Source: Candidatus Eiseniibacteriota bacterium
GTDB taxonomy: Bacteria; Eisenbacteria; RBG-16-71-46
Direction of reading: 5' to 3'
Assembly: GCA_038231135.1 (NCBI GenBank)
Contig: JBBRLX010000030.1
Location: 1-57,535, forward strand
DNA: 57,535 bases
In this document: positions 27,113 to 37,660 of the stretch, piece by piece
How positions within the stretch are numbered: position 1 is the stretch's first letter
Layout of the letters: each line of letters starts with the position of its first letter
The notes under the pieces: generated by a model
Told to the model about the DNA's origin: nothing
The model's input: the letters and a program-made list of their open reading frames with translations, nothing else
Databases searched by the model: none
Translations under genes and position numbers: made by a program

Positions 27113-27280
27113 ATGGCTTTGAGCCCCGATCTCCTCAATATACTGGTGTGTCCGGTGTGCAAGGGCGATCTGGTCTACGACTCGGCACAGGATACCTTGA
27201 CCTGCAACCACGACCGCCTGCGCTATAAGGTGGTCGACGACATCCCGGTGATGCTGGTCGAGGAGGCGGACAAGTTCTGA
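27113..27280 (+). CDS. Trm112/YcaR family protein
   Basis: LLNILVCPVCKGDL...YKVVDDIPVMLVEEA; GAGG RBS. Confidence 0.92.
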   Translation: MALSPDLLNILVCPVCKGDLVYDSAQDTLTCNHDRLRYKVVDDIPVMLVEEADKF

Positions 27281-27297
27281 ACCGGCTCCGAGTTCCG

Positions 27298-30200
27298 GTG
27301 GTCGCCGGCCTGATCGCCCTCGGGGTGGTCGTGGCGGCGGCGCCATCCGCCCGCTGCGCTCCCGACGGCGTCTCCGCGGTCACACCCACGCCAGGCGGGG
27401 TGCACTTCAGCGTTCGTGTCTCGGAGCCCCGGCTCGTCGCCGCCGGCGGCTTCCAGCGGCTGGAGATCGATGGCTATGACCCGTCGACGCCTCCCGGCGC
27501 GCCATCGATGCCCGCCCGGCAGGTGCTGGTCGCGGTGCCTCTCGTGGGCAGCGTGCGCGTGTCCGCCGCCGCCGCCGGCTGGCGCCGGCAGGTCGTGCCG
27601 CGCCTGGCACCCACGCCATGGCGCGTGGACCGCGACGCCACCGCACCCGACACGGTGCTGACGGCGAGCCGGGCCGCCTACGCAAAGCCCGCGGGCTCCG
27701 CCACCCCGGCGCGGCTCGTCGGCGTGGAGTGGGTGCGCAATCAGCGGGTGGCAACGATCGTGATCGAGCCGGCGCGCTGGGATCCGGCGACCGGCCAGCT
27801 CGACGTGGCGACCGAGGTCACGATCGACGTGTCGGTTGCGGGAGCGGCTCCCGCCGCTCCGGCTCCCGCCGCTCCTGCTCCCGCCGGGCCCGCCACCGCC
27901 GCATTCGATCCGTTCGAAAAGGTGTACGAGCACCTGCTCGTCAACTACGAACAGGGCCGGGCCTGGCGGCGTACGGACTCGCCGCGTTCGCTCGCGCCGC
28001 TGCTGGGTGGCGCGGGCCGCAACGCGGCCGCGGCGGCAGCGATCGAGACCACGGGAGTGTTCGCGGGCAAGTTGTGGGTCAAGATCGCGATTCCGCAGAC
28101 CGGCTTCTACAAGATCACGTTCGCGCGGCTGCGCAACACCGCGATGTTCGGCGGTCGCACCGACGTGCCGAACTCGAGTCTCCGGCTGTACACTTGGCCC
28201 GGCGTGCCGGTGATGCCCGAGAACAGCTTCTGCGACTCGTGTGACTATCACGAGGTGTCGATCGGCGTCGTGGACGCGAATGCCGACGGCCTGTTCAGCG
28301 ACAACGCCGACTACTTCTACTTCTACGGCCTCGGGCCCAACGGCTGGACGAACGAGTACGATCCGACCCAGCCCGACACCGTCTACCTCGATCATCCGTA
28401 CGAGACGAACAACTTCTACTTCCTCACGCTGTCCGACTCCGCGGGCACCCCGGCGCGGATCGTCGCGCAGTCGGCGGCGCCGGGCTCGGGCGGCGGAGCA
28501 ATCACGCCGGTCACGTTCCGCGAGCGCCTGCACTTCGAGGTCGACGCCGAATACTTCCCGGATGCGACGCCGCTCTATCCGTCACCGACCCGCCCCAGCT
28601 CGTACTTCTGGGAGAAGTGGTTCTGGCGATCGATCGATCCCGGCCGGTCGTTCGGCGACGTGTTCGACGCGCCGGGCGCCGACCTGTCGGCCGCCGCGCG
28701 GCTGCGCATCCGGCTGTGGGGCCTGTCGGCGCGCGACACCTGCACCGACGACCCGCTGCGCCCCGACCACCTGGCCGATTTCGAATGGCAGGGCTCGGTG
28801 ATCCGGCGCTTCGGCTGGCAGGCGCTGATGGGCTTCACCATCGACACCACGCTCACCGGGCTGCTCGCCACCGGCAACGACATGCGCGTCGGCGTGCCGG
28901 CGTTCGGCGCGTGCCCGACCCGGACCGATCGCGTCGGGTTCGCGTGGTACGACGTGTTCTACCGCCGCCGGTTCGAGCCGGTGAAGAGCGAGCTCACGTT
29001 CGAGTCGCCCGACTCGGCGGGCGACTACCTGTTCCGCACCGCGCCGTTCGACACCATCCCGCGGGTGTTCGACATCACCGACGCGAATCACCCGGCGGAG
29101 CTGGTGAATCTCGAGCTGGGGGGCCCGGTCGGCGGTCCCACCACCGTGGCGTTCGAGGTTCCGCAGGCGGGGCGCCACCGTTACGCGATGATTCCCGACA
29201 CGCCCAGCCGGTTCGCGCAAGTCCCCGTGGCGAACATCGCCGACGCACCGCCGACGAGCCTCAACAACCTGCGCAGCGCCGACCGCGACGCGGACTACCT
29301 CGTGATCTACTACGACGCGTTCCGCACGGCGGCCCAGGAACTCGCGGCCTGGCGCCACGACCACAACGGATTCACCACCGATATCATCCCGGTGTCGGCA
29401 CTGTACGACCAGTTCTCGGGCGGCCGGCTCGACCCGGCTGCGATCCGGAACTTCCTGCGAGCGACGCGCCGCAATCTCGGGTCGCGCCCCGCGTACGTGA
29501 CGCTGCTCGGCGACGCGTCGTTCGACTTCAAGAACATCACCGGCCGCGCGCCGACGGGACAGCCGGGCACGCTGATTCCGTCCTACGAGAACGGCTTCGA
29601 CACGGTGGTGGGACGGCAGTTCGCGAGCGACGACTGGATGCTGAACGTCGACAGCACGGGCTCGGTGGTGCCGGACTTCTTCGGCGGCCGCATTCCCGCC
29701 GACGATGCCGCGACGGCGCTCGATGTGGTGCGCAACAAGGTCATCTTCTACGAGAAGGATGCGCCGCTCGGGGAATACCGCAACCGGATCATGCTGATCG
29801 CGGACGACAACTTCCAGGGGCCGGTGCCGGACGGCCTCGACTTCCTGCATCTGCAGCAGACGTCCGATCTGGACGACGGCTTCACGCCACCGCACCTGGA
29901 CCGGGTCTACGTCTATCTGCACACCTACCCCACGGAGGCGGGCAGCACGAAGCCTGCCGCCAAGGACGACATCAAGCTCAACCTGAACCGCGGCGTCGCG
30001 ATCTTCAACTACATCGGTCACGGCAGTCCGTTCAAGCTCAGCGACGAGAGCGTGCTGCTCGACACCGACGTGGGCACGCTGGCCAACCCCACGACGCTGC
30101 CGGTGTTCATCGCCGCGTCGTGCGACATCGGCAAGTTCAACGATCCCCAGGTGCAGAGCCTGGGCGAGAAGCTGTTGATGACGCCGGGGCGCGGCGCGGT

Positions 30201-31518
30201 GGCGATCGTGTCCGCGACGGAGCTCGCGCTCAGCACGCAGAACGCCAAGCTCAACCAGACGCTGTACGCGACGATGTTCTCGCGCGGCGCCGACGGCCGC
30301 TACTTCGCGACCGTGTCGGAGGCGCTGCTGTCGGCGAAGGGCGGCGGACTGAACAGCCTGAAATACGAATTGATCGGCGACGCCGCGACGCGGCCGAACC
30401 TGCCGCAGCTGTGGACGGACCTGGCACTGTACGATTCGGCGGGCGTCACGCCCGTGACGACGCTCGATCGCGGGCGCACGCTCACGTTCCGCGGCCGCGT
30501 GCTCGACCGGCCGGGCGGAACCCCGGTGCCGATCGACGGCGTGGCGAGCATGCTGATCGAGGACTCGGCGCCGCGGCTCAGCACGCCGCCGTGCTCGTTC
30601 TGCAGCTATCACCCGCTGTTCTACTTCAAGGCCGGGCCGGTGTTCCGCGGCGATGTGGCGATGCACGGCGGCGCGTTCGAGGGACGGTTCGTGGTGCCGC
30701 TGGAGGCGGCGACCGGCGCGCGCGCGCGGGTGCGCAGTTACGTGCGTACCACCGACGGCGCCCCGATCGACGGCGTCGGCAACCTGAGGCTGCAGCTCAA
30801 TCCGGGAACGGCGGGCGCCGCCGACCACGACGGTCCGCGCGTCACGCTGTCGTTCCCGTCGGGGGCGAGCGCCGTGCGGCCGGACGCGGTATTGCGCATC
30901 GACCTGTCGGATCCCAGCGGGATCCTGATTACGGGTCATACGCCCCAAAACGGCATCATCGTGACGCTCGACGGCAACACCACCGGGCGGATCGACGTGA
31001 CGTCCTCGTTCCGCTACGCGGCCGATTCGTACCAATCGGGCTCGGCGTCGTACACGCTCAAGAATTTGTCGGTCGGCGCGCACACGATCGAGGTCTCGGC
31101 GGCCGATAACCTGGCTGCGGGTCTCGGCGCCGCGGCGCACCGTTCGAGCGCGACGATCGCATTCGACGTGGTCGAGCAGCCGAAGTTGTCCGTGTCGACC
31201 GCCTACCTGTTCCCGAATCCCACGAGTTCGGTCGGGCCCAGGGGCGGCGGGCGGTTCGTGATCGATTCGCCCGGCGACTCGGTGAACGTGCTGATCAAGC
31301 TGTACACGGTGGCGGGGCGCCTGATCCGGTCGCTCCGGGTGTTCGGGGGTCTGGGTCAGACGCAGGTTCCCTGGGACGGCCTCGACGACGAGGGGGCGGT
31401 GCTGGCGAACGGCGTCTATCTGTTCAAGGTGTACGTGAATGCACGTACCCCCGATGGCACCAGCAGCGCGCTCGAGAAGGCGCATGCCGTAGGACGTTTC
31501 GTTATTGTCAACCGCTGA
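27298..31518 (+). CDS. porU: PorU-like C25 (gingipain-family) sortase with FlgD/T9SS-like CTD
   Basis: Propeptide-like N-terminus, YDQFSGG..DPAAIRNFL, LLGDASFD, catalytic FNYIGHG and ASCDIGKFND, terminal FPNP..YTVAGR..WDGLD..LANGVYL. True start may be CTG 27277. Confidence 0.85.
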   Translation: MVAGLIALGVVVAAAPSARCAPDGVSAVTPTPGGVHFSVRVSEPRLVAAGGFQRLEIDGYDPSTPPGAPSMPARQVLVAVPLVGSVRVSAAAAGWRRQVVPRLAPTPWRVDRDATAPDTVLTASRAAYAKPAGSATPARLVGVEWVRNQRVATIVIEPARWDPATGQLDVATEVTIDVSVAGAAPAAPAPAAPAPAGPATAAFDPFEKVYEHLLVNYEQGRAWRRTDSPRSLAPLLGGAGRNAAAAAAIETTGVFAGKLWVKIAIPQTGFYKITFARLRNTAMFGGRTDVPNSSLRLYTWPGVPVMPENSFCDSCDYHEVSIGVVDANADGLFSDNADYFYFYGLGPNGWTNEYDPTQPDTVYLDHPYETNNFYFLTLSDSAGTPARIVAQSAAPGSGGGAITPVTFRERLHFEVDAEYFPDATPLYPSPTRPSSYFWEKWFWRSIDPGRSFGDVFDAPGADLSAAARLRIRLWGLSARDTCTDDPLRPDHLADFEWQGSVIRRFGWQALMGFTIDTTLTGLLATGNDMRVGVPAFGACPTRTDRVGFAWYDVFYRRRFEPVKSELTFESPDSAGDYLFRTAPFDTIPRVFDITDANHPAELVNLELGGPVGGPTTVAFEVPQAGRHRYAMIPDTPSRFAQVPVANIADAPPTSLNNLRSADRDADYLVIYYDAFRTAAQELAAWRHDHNGFTTDIIPVSALYDQFSGGRLDPAAIRNFLRATRRNLGSRPAYVTLLGDASFDFKNITGRAPTGQPGTLIPSYENGFDTVVGRQFASDDWMLNVDSTGSVVPDFFGGRIPADDAATALDVVRNKVIFYEKDAPLGEYRNRIMLIADDNFQGPVPDGLDFLHLQQTSDLDDGFTPPHLDRVYVYLHTYPTEAGSTKPAAKDDIKLNLNRGVAIFNYIGHGSPFKLSDESVLLDTDVGTLANPTTLPVFIAASCDIGKFNDPQVQSLGEKLLMTPGRGAVAIVSATELALSTQNAKLNQTLYATMFSRGADGRYFATVSEALLSAKGGGLNSLKYELIGDAATRPNLPQLWTDLALYDSAGVTPVTTLDRGRTLTFRGRVLDRPGGTPVPIDGVASMLIEDSAPRLSTPPCSFCSYHPLFYFKAGPVFRGDVAMHGGAFEGRFVVPLEAATGARARVRSYVRTTDGAPIDGVGNLRLQLNPGTAGAADHDGPRVTLSFPSGASAVRPDAVLRIDLSDPSGILITGHTPQNGIIVTLDGNTTGRIDVTSSFRYAADSYQSGSASYTLKNLSVGAHTIEVSAADNLAAGLGAAAHRSSATIAFDVVEQPKLSVSTAYLFPNPTSSVGPRGGGRFVIDSPGDSVNVLIKLYTVAGRLIRSLRVFGGLGQTQVPWDGLDDEGAVLANGVYLFKVYVNARTPDGTSSALEKAHAVGRFVIVNR

Positions 31519-31617
31519 GGGGCGAAACCGACGAAATTCGGGAGCGGGACGGCCCCATGCGGTGTAGTATGTCGGATTGAGTCTGGCGATCCCTGTTCGA
31601 TGGAGGTACAAGCACTT

Positions 31618-32571
31618 ATGCGTTTCCAGTCAGCTACGACTGTGTGCCTGGCAATCATGATCATGGCCGGGGCGGCGCACGCTCAGGGCACCGGGCGTTC
31701 CCTCGACATCCAGCCGGGTGGCCGCCAGAACGGCATGGGTGCGGCGGGCGTTGCCCTGATGGGAGATGCCACCGGCGCCACGTGGTGGAATCCGGCAGGT
31801 CTGGGGTTCGTCGAGAAGAGCGCGATCCAGATCACCTACGCCGCGCTCGTTCCGGGCCTCGCGAACGATGTGAGCTACAACTACGGCACCTACGTTCAGC
31901 CGATCAAGGGCCTGGGCGCCGTGGGCGTCGGGGTGGTGTTCCTCAACTACGGTCAGAGCGAAGGCACCGACCAGTCGGGCAACTCGACCGGCTCGTTCGG
32001 CTCCAACGAATTCTCACCCGCGCTGTACGGCGGGTTCCGGATCCTGCCCGACCTGTCCGTGGGCGCCACGGTGAAATGGATCCGCATCCAGCTCGCGCCC
32101 GACAGCAAGAGCGGCGTGGGAACCACGTTCGGGTTCGACATCGCGAGCCTCTACCGCATTCCCGCGGCCAAGCTGAACCTCGGCGTGAACATCCAGAACA
32201 TGGGACCGAGCGTCACGTTCATCAACGAGGATCAGGCGAGCCCGCTGTCGCGGAACCTCAAGGCCGGTCTCGCGTGGGAACCGCTCCAGAAGAAGCAGTT
32301 CGACCTCACGGTGGCCGCCGATTTCAATCAGTCGCTGGTATCGGGCAGCGAGCAGTTCCGCACGTATCACGGCGGAGTGGAGCTGAGCTTCGCGGGTCAG
32401 CTCGCGGGCCGGGTCGGGTACTACCGCGATCCGCTCGGTGACATCGGCGACATTACGTTCGGCATTGGGTTCAACTGGAAGAGCCTGGCTCTCGACTACG
32501 GCAGCATTCCGCAGGCGCGGAACTCCGGGCTCGACAACGTGAACAAGATCACGTTGGGTTACCGCTTCTAG
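31618..32571 (+). CDS. porV: PorV/PorQ family outer-membrane beta-barrel
   Basis: PGGRQNGMG..DAT..WWNPAGL signature, signal peptide, C-terminal GYRF. Adjacent to porU. Confidence 0.85.
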   Translation: MRFQSATTVCLAIMIMAGAAHAQGTGRSLDIQPGGRQNGMGAAGVALMGDATGATWWNPAGLGFVEKSAIQITYAALVPGLANDVSYNYGTYVQPIKGLGAVGVGVVFLNYGQSEGTDQSGNSTGSFGSNEFSPALYGGFRILPDLSVGATVKWIRIQLAPDSKSGVGTTFGFDIASLYRIPAAKLNLGVNIQNMGPSVTFINEDQASPLSRNLKAGLAWEPLQKKQFDLTVAADFNQSLVSGSEQFRTYHGGVELSFAGQLAGRVGYYRDPLGDIGDITFGIGFNWKSLALDYGSIPQARNSGLDNVNKITLGYRF

Positions 32572-32590
32572 CGCCGGCCCGGAATCGCCC

Positions 32591-35500
32591 TTGCGCGGAC
32601 TCGCAATTATCGTATCGCTGGGGATGCTGGCGCTGGCAACCACGGCGTCGGCCGTCCCCGCACGCGAGCTCCGCGTAAAGCCGCTCGTTCCTCCGCGCGA
32701 CGCGGCTCATGCCTCGCGCCCGGACCCCCGTCCGCATGCCGCGGTTCTCACTCCGGAACTGGCGCGCGCGCAACGCGATCGCATCGCCCGCTGGCGCAGC
32801 TTCCCCGATCTCGTGACCCGTCCGGGGGTCAAGTGGGGGCCCTTGGTCTCGCGCCGCAAGGGCTGGGAGTCGCCGTTTCGCCGCGCACCCGGGCGCGTGG
32901 GGGTCACGGGCACGATCCCGGCTCCGGACACGATCCGGGTGGCGTTCCTGCGCGTCGACTTCCTCAAGGACCGCGGCGGCGATCAGTCGAGCGGCACCGG
33001 GCACTTCGATCTGAGCGGCCCCGACACGCTGGTACCGCCGATCGACCGGCCGCCGCGCAACCGCTCGTTCTATCTCGCCCATCTCGAAGCGCTGGAGCGG
33101 TACTACCACGCGCAGTCGTTCGGCAACGTGGTCGTCGAGGGCGACGTGTGGCCCCACAGCCAGAACGCGTCCTATTCGATGACCGACATGGCCGACTTCG
33201 GGCCGTGGAAGTTCAGCCGCGACATCTACCCGATCGCGGTCAAGATGCTCCGCACGATGATGTTCGCCGCCGATTCGCAGTCGATCGCTCTGGGTGACCG
33301 CATTCCCTGGGACCAGTACGACCGGTTCGTGATCATCCACGCCGGCAGCGACCTGCAGAGCGACGTGCGGCAGGACTCGCCCGAGGACATCCCGTCGTTC
33401 ACGATCGGCGTGCTCGACACCGACTCGGTGATCTTCCCCGATTCCACGACGCGCCCGATCCAGCACTGCACGTTCGTGCCCGAGACGATCAACCAGGACG
33501 GCTTCTTCGGCGCGATCAACGGCGTGCTCGCGCACGAGAACGGCCACAACTTCTTCGGGTTCGAGGACCTGTACGACGTCGAGAGCGGCCGGCCGGTCGT
33601 GGGCTACTGGAGCCTGATGGACAGCGGCAACCTGGTCGGCTCGATCGTGTCGCTGAACGACGGCACCGAGCTGTTCGCCACCGGGCTCCTGCCGCCGAGC
33701 ATCGACCCGTTCCAGCGCACGTTCATCAGCAACCGGATCGTGCCGCAGGAGGTGGCGTACGGCGACACGATGACGCTGCGCGACAGCGAACGGAACAACG
33801 ATTTCCGGCGGGTGAACCTGTCGAGCGACGAATTCCTGCTGCTCGAAAACCGGTTCCTGGCGCCCGCGGACTCGATCTCGCTCGACCAGGACAGCACGAC
33901 GCGCGTGGTGCTCGGCCCCAAGAAGCCCGACCGGTTCGAGTACGACGCGCTGCTCCCCGGCGGCGGCATCCTGGTATGGCACATCGACACCAGCGTGATC
34001 CCGCTCGAATCGTTCTTCCCGCTCGACACCACGCTGCGCGCGAATCCCGACTTTGCGTGGAACACGAATCCCGCGCGGCTCGGCGTGTCGGTGATCGAAG
34101 GCGACGGCCTCGGGGATCTCGGCGATCCCGGTTCGCCGTACATCCTGGGCGCGCCATTCGATCCGTTCTTCAAGAGCAACAACCCGTCGCTGTCGGACTC
34201 CACGTTCCCGAACCTGCGCCCGCACATCGGCACGCGCACCCACGTGCGGCTCGATTTCCTCGACGATCCCGATTCGCTCATGCATTTCGCGGCGTTCCGC
34301 ACCTGGGTGTTGCCGGGATTCCCGGTCACGGCGTCGTTCCCGACTCTGGGTCCTGTGCTACTCGCCGTCGATGCCGACGGTGACCGGCGTCCCGATGCGT
34401 GCTGGGCGGGTGGCGATCCCGCGGGCCCCGACAGCACGGCGCTGTTCGCGGTGCGCCCCGATGGCACCGGGCTCGGCGGCGGCAGCCTGGTGTTCGCGCG
34501 GCTCGATCGCAAGCCGCTGCGGGTGATGGCGGCGCTGCCGGTTGGCGAAGCGCTGGGCGCGGGCCAGGTCACGAGCGGACCGGCATGGTTCGCGGTGACG
34601 ACCGAGGCTACCGGCCCCGACTTGTCGAGTCCCGGGGGCCGGGTGTGGCTCATGCGAACGGACGGTCTGCCGAAACCGGGATGGCCCCCGGCACTGCCGT
34701 CGCTCGTCACCACGCCGCCTGTGATCGCGGGCGTCGACACGCTGGGAGCCCGCGTATTCGTGGGCTGTGCCAACGGCACCGTGGTGGAGCTCGATCGCAA
34801 CGGTGTCGTCCTCGCGACGAGCCCGGTGTTGTTCGGTGGCGCGGTCACCGGCCGGCTCGCCGTGGACTTCCGGCCGGCCGGCGTCGTCGTCGCCACCGAC
34901 CAGTTCGTGGTCGGCGCGGGCGGCGCGGACGGCAAGGTGTCGGAGGTTACGTTTGCGGCCGGCGGGGGAAGCGTGGTGGCCCCGGGCTGGCCGCTGCAGG
35001 TCGGCGGCGCCGGATTCGCCCCGGATTTCCTGTGGCTCGATTTCAACGGCGATCGAATCGCCAACCCGCAGTCCGCGCGTTCGGCCGCGATCGTGCCCGG
35101 CGCTCCGCCGGTCGTGGCGTGCGGTGGCGGGCGCACGCTCGTGGTGCACGACGCCGACCGGCTGTGGGCGTTCTGCGACGCGGGTGTGGAATTGCCGGGC
35201 TGGGGTCACAGCTTCGGCGATACGCTGGTCGATGCGCTCGGCGCCGGCGACCCCGACGGTGACGGCTATCCCGAAGTGCTGTCGCAGACGATCCATTCGG
35301 GCGTGATGTTCGTGAACGTGAGCGGCTATCCGTCGCCGGGCTGGCCGAAGCGCTCGACGCCCGAGCAGTTCCGCTCCGGCAGCCCCGCGCTCGCCGCCGA
35401 CGTCGATGGCGACGGCCGCAGCGAAGTCGTGTCGATGAACGCGAGCGGCATCGTGTCCGCGTTGCGCTCCGACGGGAAGACCCCCGACGGCTGGCCGTTC

Positions 35501-36001
35501 GCGACCGGCGTGGGCGCCATGGGCGCCCCGGTCGCCACCGGCCTCGACGGCAACCTCGTGGTGTTCGCGCCCGACCGGTTCGGCCGCGTCTACGCCTATG
35601 CGCTGCCGTATACCGGGGGCCCGCCGGCACTGGCGTCGTGGCTGATGCTCGGCGGCGATCCCGGCCGCAGCGCGAGCCTGCCGGCCGATCGTACCTCGAC
35701 GCCGGCCGCGATCTTCGCGGGTCCGCTGGTGCGCGGCTCGTTCAAGGCCTATCCCAATCCGGCCCGCCGGCGGCCGGTGTCGTTCGCCTACCAGCTCACC
35801 GAGCCGGCGCAGGTCGAGTTCCGCATCGTCGACGCGTCGGGCCACGAAGTCGCGTCGTTCTCGCGCTCCGGGCGCGCGGCGGACAATCTCGAGGTGTGGG
35901 ATCCGGGCGCGGTGCCCGCGGGTCTCTACGTGGCGCGGGTGCGGTTCCGTGGCGCCGGCAGCGAGCGCACGGAATTCGTGCCGGTGGGAATCATTCGATG
36001 A
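32591..36001 (+). CDS. Secreted M6 (immune inhibitor A-like) metalloprotease with FG-GAP repeats and T9SS-like CTD
   Basis: IIHAG, LAHENGH (HExxH), DLYD, WSLMDSG, LLENR, GILVWHID; terminal YPNP..VDASG..PAGLY. Confidence 0.82.
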   Translation: MRGLAIIVSLGMLALATTASAVPARELRVKPLVPPRDAAHASRPDPRPHAAVLTPELARAQRDRIARWRSFPDLVTRPGVKWGPLVSRRKGWESPFRRAPGRVGVTGTIPAPDTIRVAFLRVDFLKDRGGDQSSGTGHFDLSGPDTLVPPIDRPPRNRSFYLAHLEALERYYHAQSFGNVVVEGDVWPHSQNASYSMTDMADFGPWKFSRDIYPIAVKMLRTMMFAADSQSIALGDRIPWDQYDRFVIIHAGSDLQSDVRQDSPEDIPSFTIGVLDTDSVIFPDSTTRPIQHCTFVPETINQDGFFGAINGVLAHENGHNFFGFEDLYDVESGRPVVGYWSLMDSGNLVGSIVSLNDGTELFATGLLPPSIDPFQRTFISNRIVPQEVAYGDTMTLRDSERNNDFRRVNLSSDEFLLLENRFLAPADSISLDQDSTTRVVLGPKKPDRFEYDALLPGGGILVWHIDTSVIPLESFFPLDTTLRANPDFAWNTNPARLGVSVIEGDGLGDLGDPGSPYILGAPFDPFFKSNNPSLSDSTFPNLRPHIGTRTHVRLDFLDDPDSLMHFAAFRTWVLPGFPVTASFPTLGPVLLAVDADGDRRPDACWAGGDPAGPDSTALFAVRPDGTGLGGGSLVFARLDRKPLRVMAALPVGEALGAGQVTSGPAWFAVTTEATGPDLSSPGGRVWLMRTDGLPKPGWPPALPSLVTTPPVIAGVDTLGARVFVGCANGTVVELDRNGVVLATSPVLFGGAVTGRLAVDFRPAGVVVATDQFVVGAGGADGKVSEVTFAAGGGSVVAPGWPLQVGGAGFAPDFLWLDFNGDRIANPQSARSAAIVPGAPPVVACGGGRTLVVHDADRLWAFCDAGVELPGWGHSFGDTLVDALGAGDPDGDGYPEVLSQTIHSGVMFVNVSGYPSPGWPKRSTPEQFRSGSPALAADVDGDGRSEVVSMNASGIVSALRSDGKTPDGWPFATGVGAMGAPVATGLDGNLVVFAPDRFGRVYAYALPYTGGPPALASWLMLGGDPGRSASLPADRTSTPAAIFAGPLVRGSFKAYPNPARRRPVSFAYQLTEPAQVEFRIVDASGHEVASFSRSGRAADNLEVWDPGAVPAGLYVARVRFRGAGSERTEFVPVGIIR

Positions 36002-36867
36002 ACCGCGGCACGCGCGTCCCGATCGCGGTGCTGATCGCGGGACTCGCGTGCGCGGCGTGCGCGGCGCGGGCGGAACGCGGCGCGGCCGCGAGCGCCGTGC
36101 CCAGCGGGTTCGAGCTCGGTGGCGCCGGCACCGCCCTGCCGCCGGAACGCGCCGGCGGGTTCGATCGCTCGCAACTCGTGCTCGGCCAGCGGTCGCCCGC
36201 GAGCGGGGGAACGCTGTTCGCGCAGCGCGTGATCGATCGCGAGTGGGGCCAGTCCGACGATTCCGTCTACGTCGAGAAGGACGTGCCCGGCTGGCGGTCC
36301 GAGGTCGGCGCCATGGCGATGTCGGCCGCGTTGCCCGGGGTGGGGCAGTACTACGCCGATGGGGCCTCGGGGCGCGGCGTGTTCTTCGCGCTGGCCGAGG
36401 CCGCGGCGTGGACGGCGCACGTCGTGCTCCACCGCAGCGGGGAGCGCGTGCGCGACGACGCCAGCCGGTTCGCTGGCGCGCCGGGCGACAGCAACAGCAC
36501 GTGGTCGGTCGCGCGCTGGCAGCAGGCCACGGCGGCGAGCTCGGGCGACATCCAGGCGCTGTATGCCGCCGATCGCGAGGCGTTCTACGATGTGATCGCC
36601 ACCGACCCCAGGTTCGAGGCCGGCTGGAGTTCCGAGGCGAACCGCACGAAGTTCTCCGAGCTGCGGGCGACGTCGGACCGGCGCCTGTACGGCGCCAGGT
36701 TCTCGGAATCGATGGTATGGGTGAATCATCTGGTGGCCGCGGTCGACGCGCTCCGCGCCGCCCGGCAGCACAACATGCGCCTCGGTCCCGCGCTCGGCTT
36801 CAACGTCAAGAGCGGCTGGAGCCACGGCCACCCCGAGTGGCGTGCCTCGTTCAACAGGAGATTCTAG
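35998..36867 (+). CDS. DUF5683-like envelope protein
   Basis: Signal peptide, AMSAALPGVGQYY motif, C-terminal Phe. ATGA overlap with upstream gene. Confidence 0.6.
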   Translation: MNRGTRVPIAVLIAGLACAACAARAERGAAASAVPSGFELGGAGTALPPERAGGFDRSQLVLGQRSPASGGTLFAQRVIDREWGQSDDSVYVEKDVPGWRSEVGAMAMSAALPGVGQYYADGASGRGVFFALAEAAAWTAHVVLHRSGERVRDDASRFAGAPGDSNSTWSVARWQQATAASSGDIQALYAADREAFYDVIATDPRFEAGWSSEANRTKFSELRATSDRRLYGARFSESMVWVNHLVAAVDALRAARQHNMRLGPALGFNVKSGWSHGHPEWRASFNRRF

Positions 36868-37653
36868 ATGAGCGGCATCCGTGTGCTGTGCCCGCCGCTG
36901 CTCGCCGCGCTGCTCGTGGCGGGCGCCACCCTGCCGGCCGCGGCGCTCGACGTGATCCGCGTCGATCCCGCCGAGCCCGTCGTCGCCGGCACCGGCGCGC
37001 TCACCGGCATCACCGGCAACGGCAGCGGCGGCACGGCACTCGGCCTGTCGCCGGAACGGGCGCGATTGCTGCTGCGTTCGCTCACCGTGCCCGGCTGGGG
37101 CCAGGCCACGGCCGGGCGCCGGACCTCGGCCACCGTGTTCGGACTGGCCGAGGTCGGTGTGTGGACCTCGTTCACGGCGTTCCGCATCCAGAGCCAGCTG
37201 CGCCGCGACACCTACGAGCGCACCGCCTCGCTGTTCGCGGGCGTGAGCCTCGGCGGACGCGACGAGGAGTTCCGCCGCACGATCGGGTCGTACCTGAGCA
37301 GCGACGAATACAATCAGCTCGTGGTGTTCCGCGACGCGGCGAACCTCTACTACAGCGATCCCGTGGCCTACCGCCAGTACATCGCGACGCACTCCATCGG
37401 CGGCCGCGACGCGTGGTCGTGGGACAGCGAATCCAGCCTGTTGCGCTATCGCGAGCAGCGCAAGGACGCGCAGCGGGCGGCGATCCGCGCGAACACGGCA
37501 CTCGCCTGCGCCGTCGTGAACCGGCTGCTCAGCATGGTGCACGCCGCGCGGATTCCCACGCATGCTCCGGCCCACTCGTGGAACTTCGAATTGACGCCGG
37601 GCGACGGCAGCGATGCGCTCGCCTGCCGCATGGGGGTGCGTGCGCGCTTCTGA
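36868..37653 (+). CDS. DUF5683-like envelope protein (paralogue of upstream gene)
   Basis: Signal peptide, RSLTVPGWGQ motif, NRLLSMVHA helix matching NHLVAAVDA upstream, C-terminal Phe. Confidence 0.6.
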   Translation: MSGIRVLCPPLLAALLVAGATLPAAALDVIRVDPAEPVVAGTGALTGITGNGSGGTALGLSPERARLLLRSLTVPGWGQATAGRRTSATVFGLAEVGVWTSFTAFRIQSQLRRDTYERTASLFAGVSLGGRDEEFRRTIGSYLSSDEYNQLVVFRDAANLYYSDPVAYRQYIATHSIGGRDAWSWDSESSLLRYREQRKDAQRAAIRANTALACAVVNRLLSMVHAARIPTHAPAHSWNFELTPGDGSDALACRMGVRARF

Positions 37654-37660
37654 TCGCGCC

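Noticed and set aside
27840..27900. 15-bp repeats in porU (APAAP)
   Set aside because: Ordinary Ala/Pro interdomain linker.
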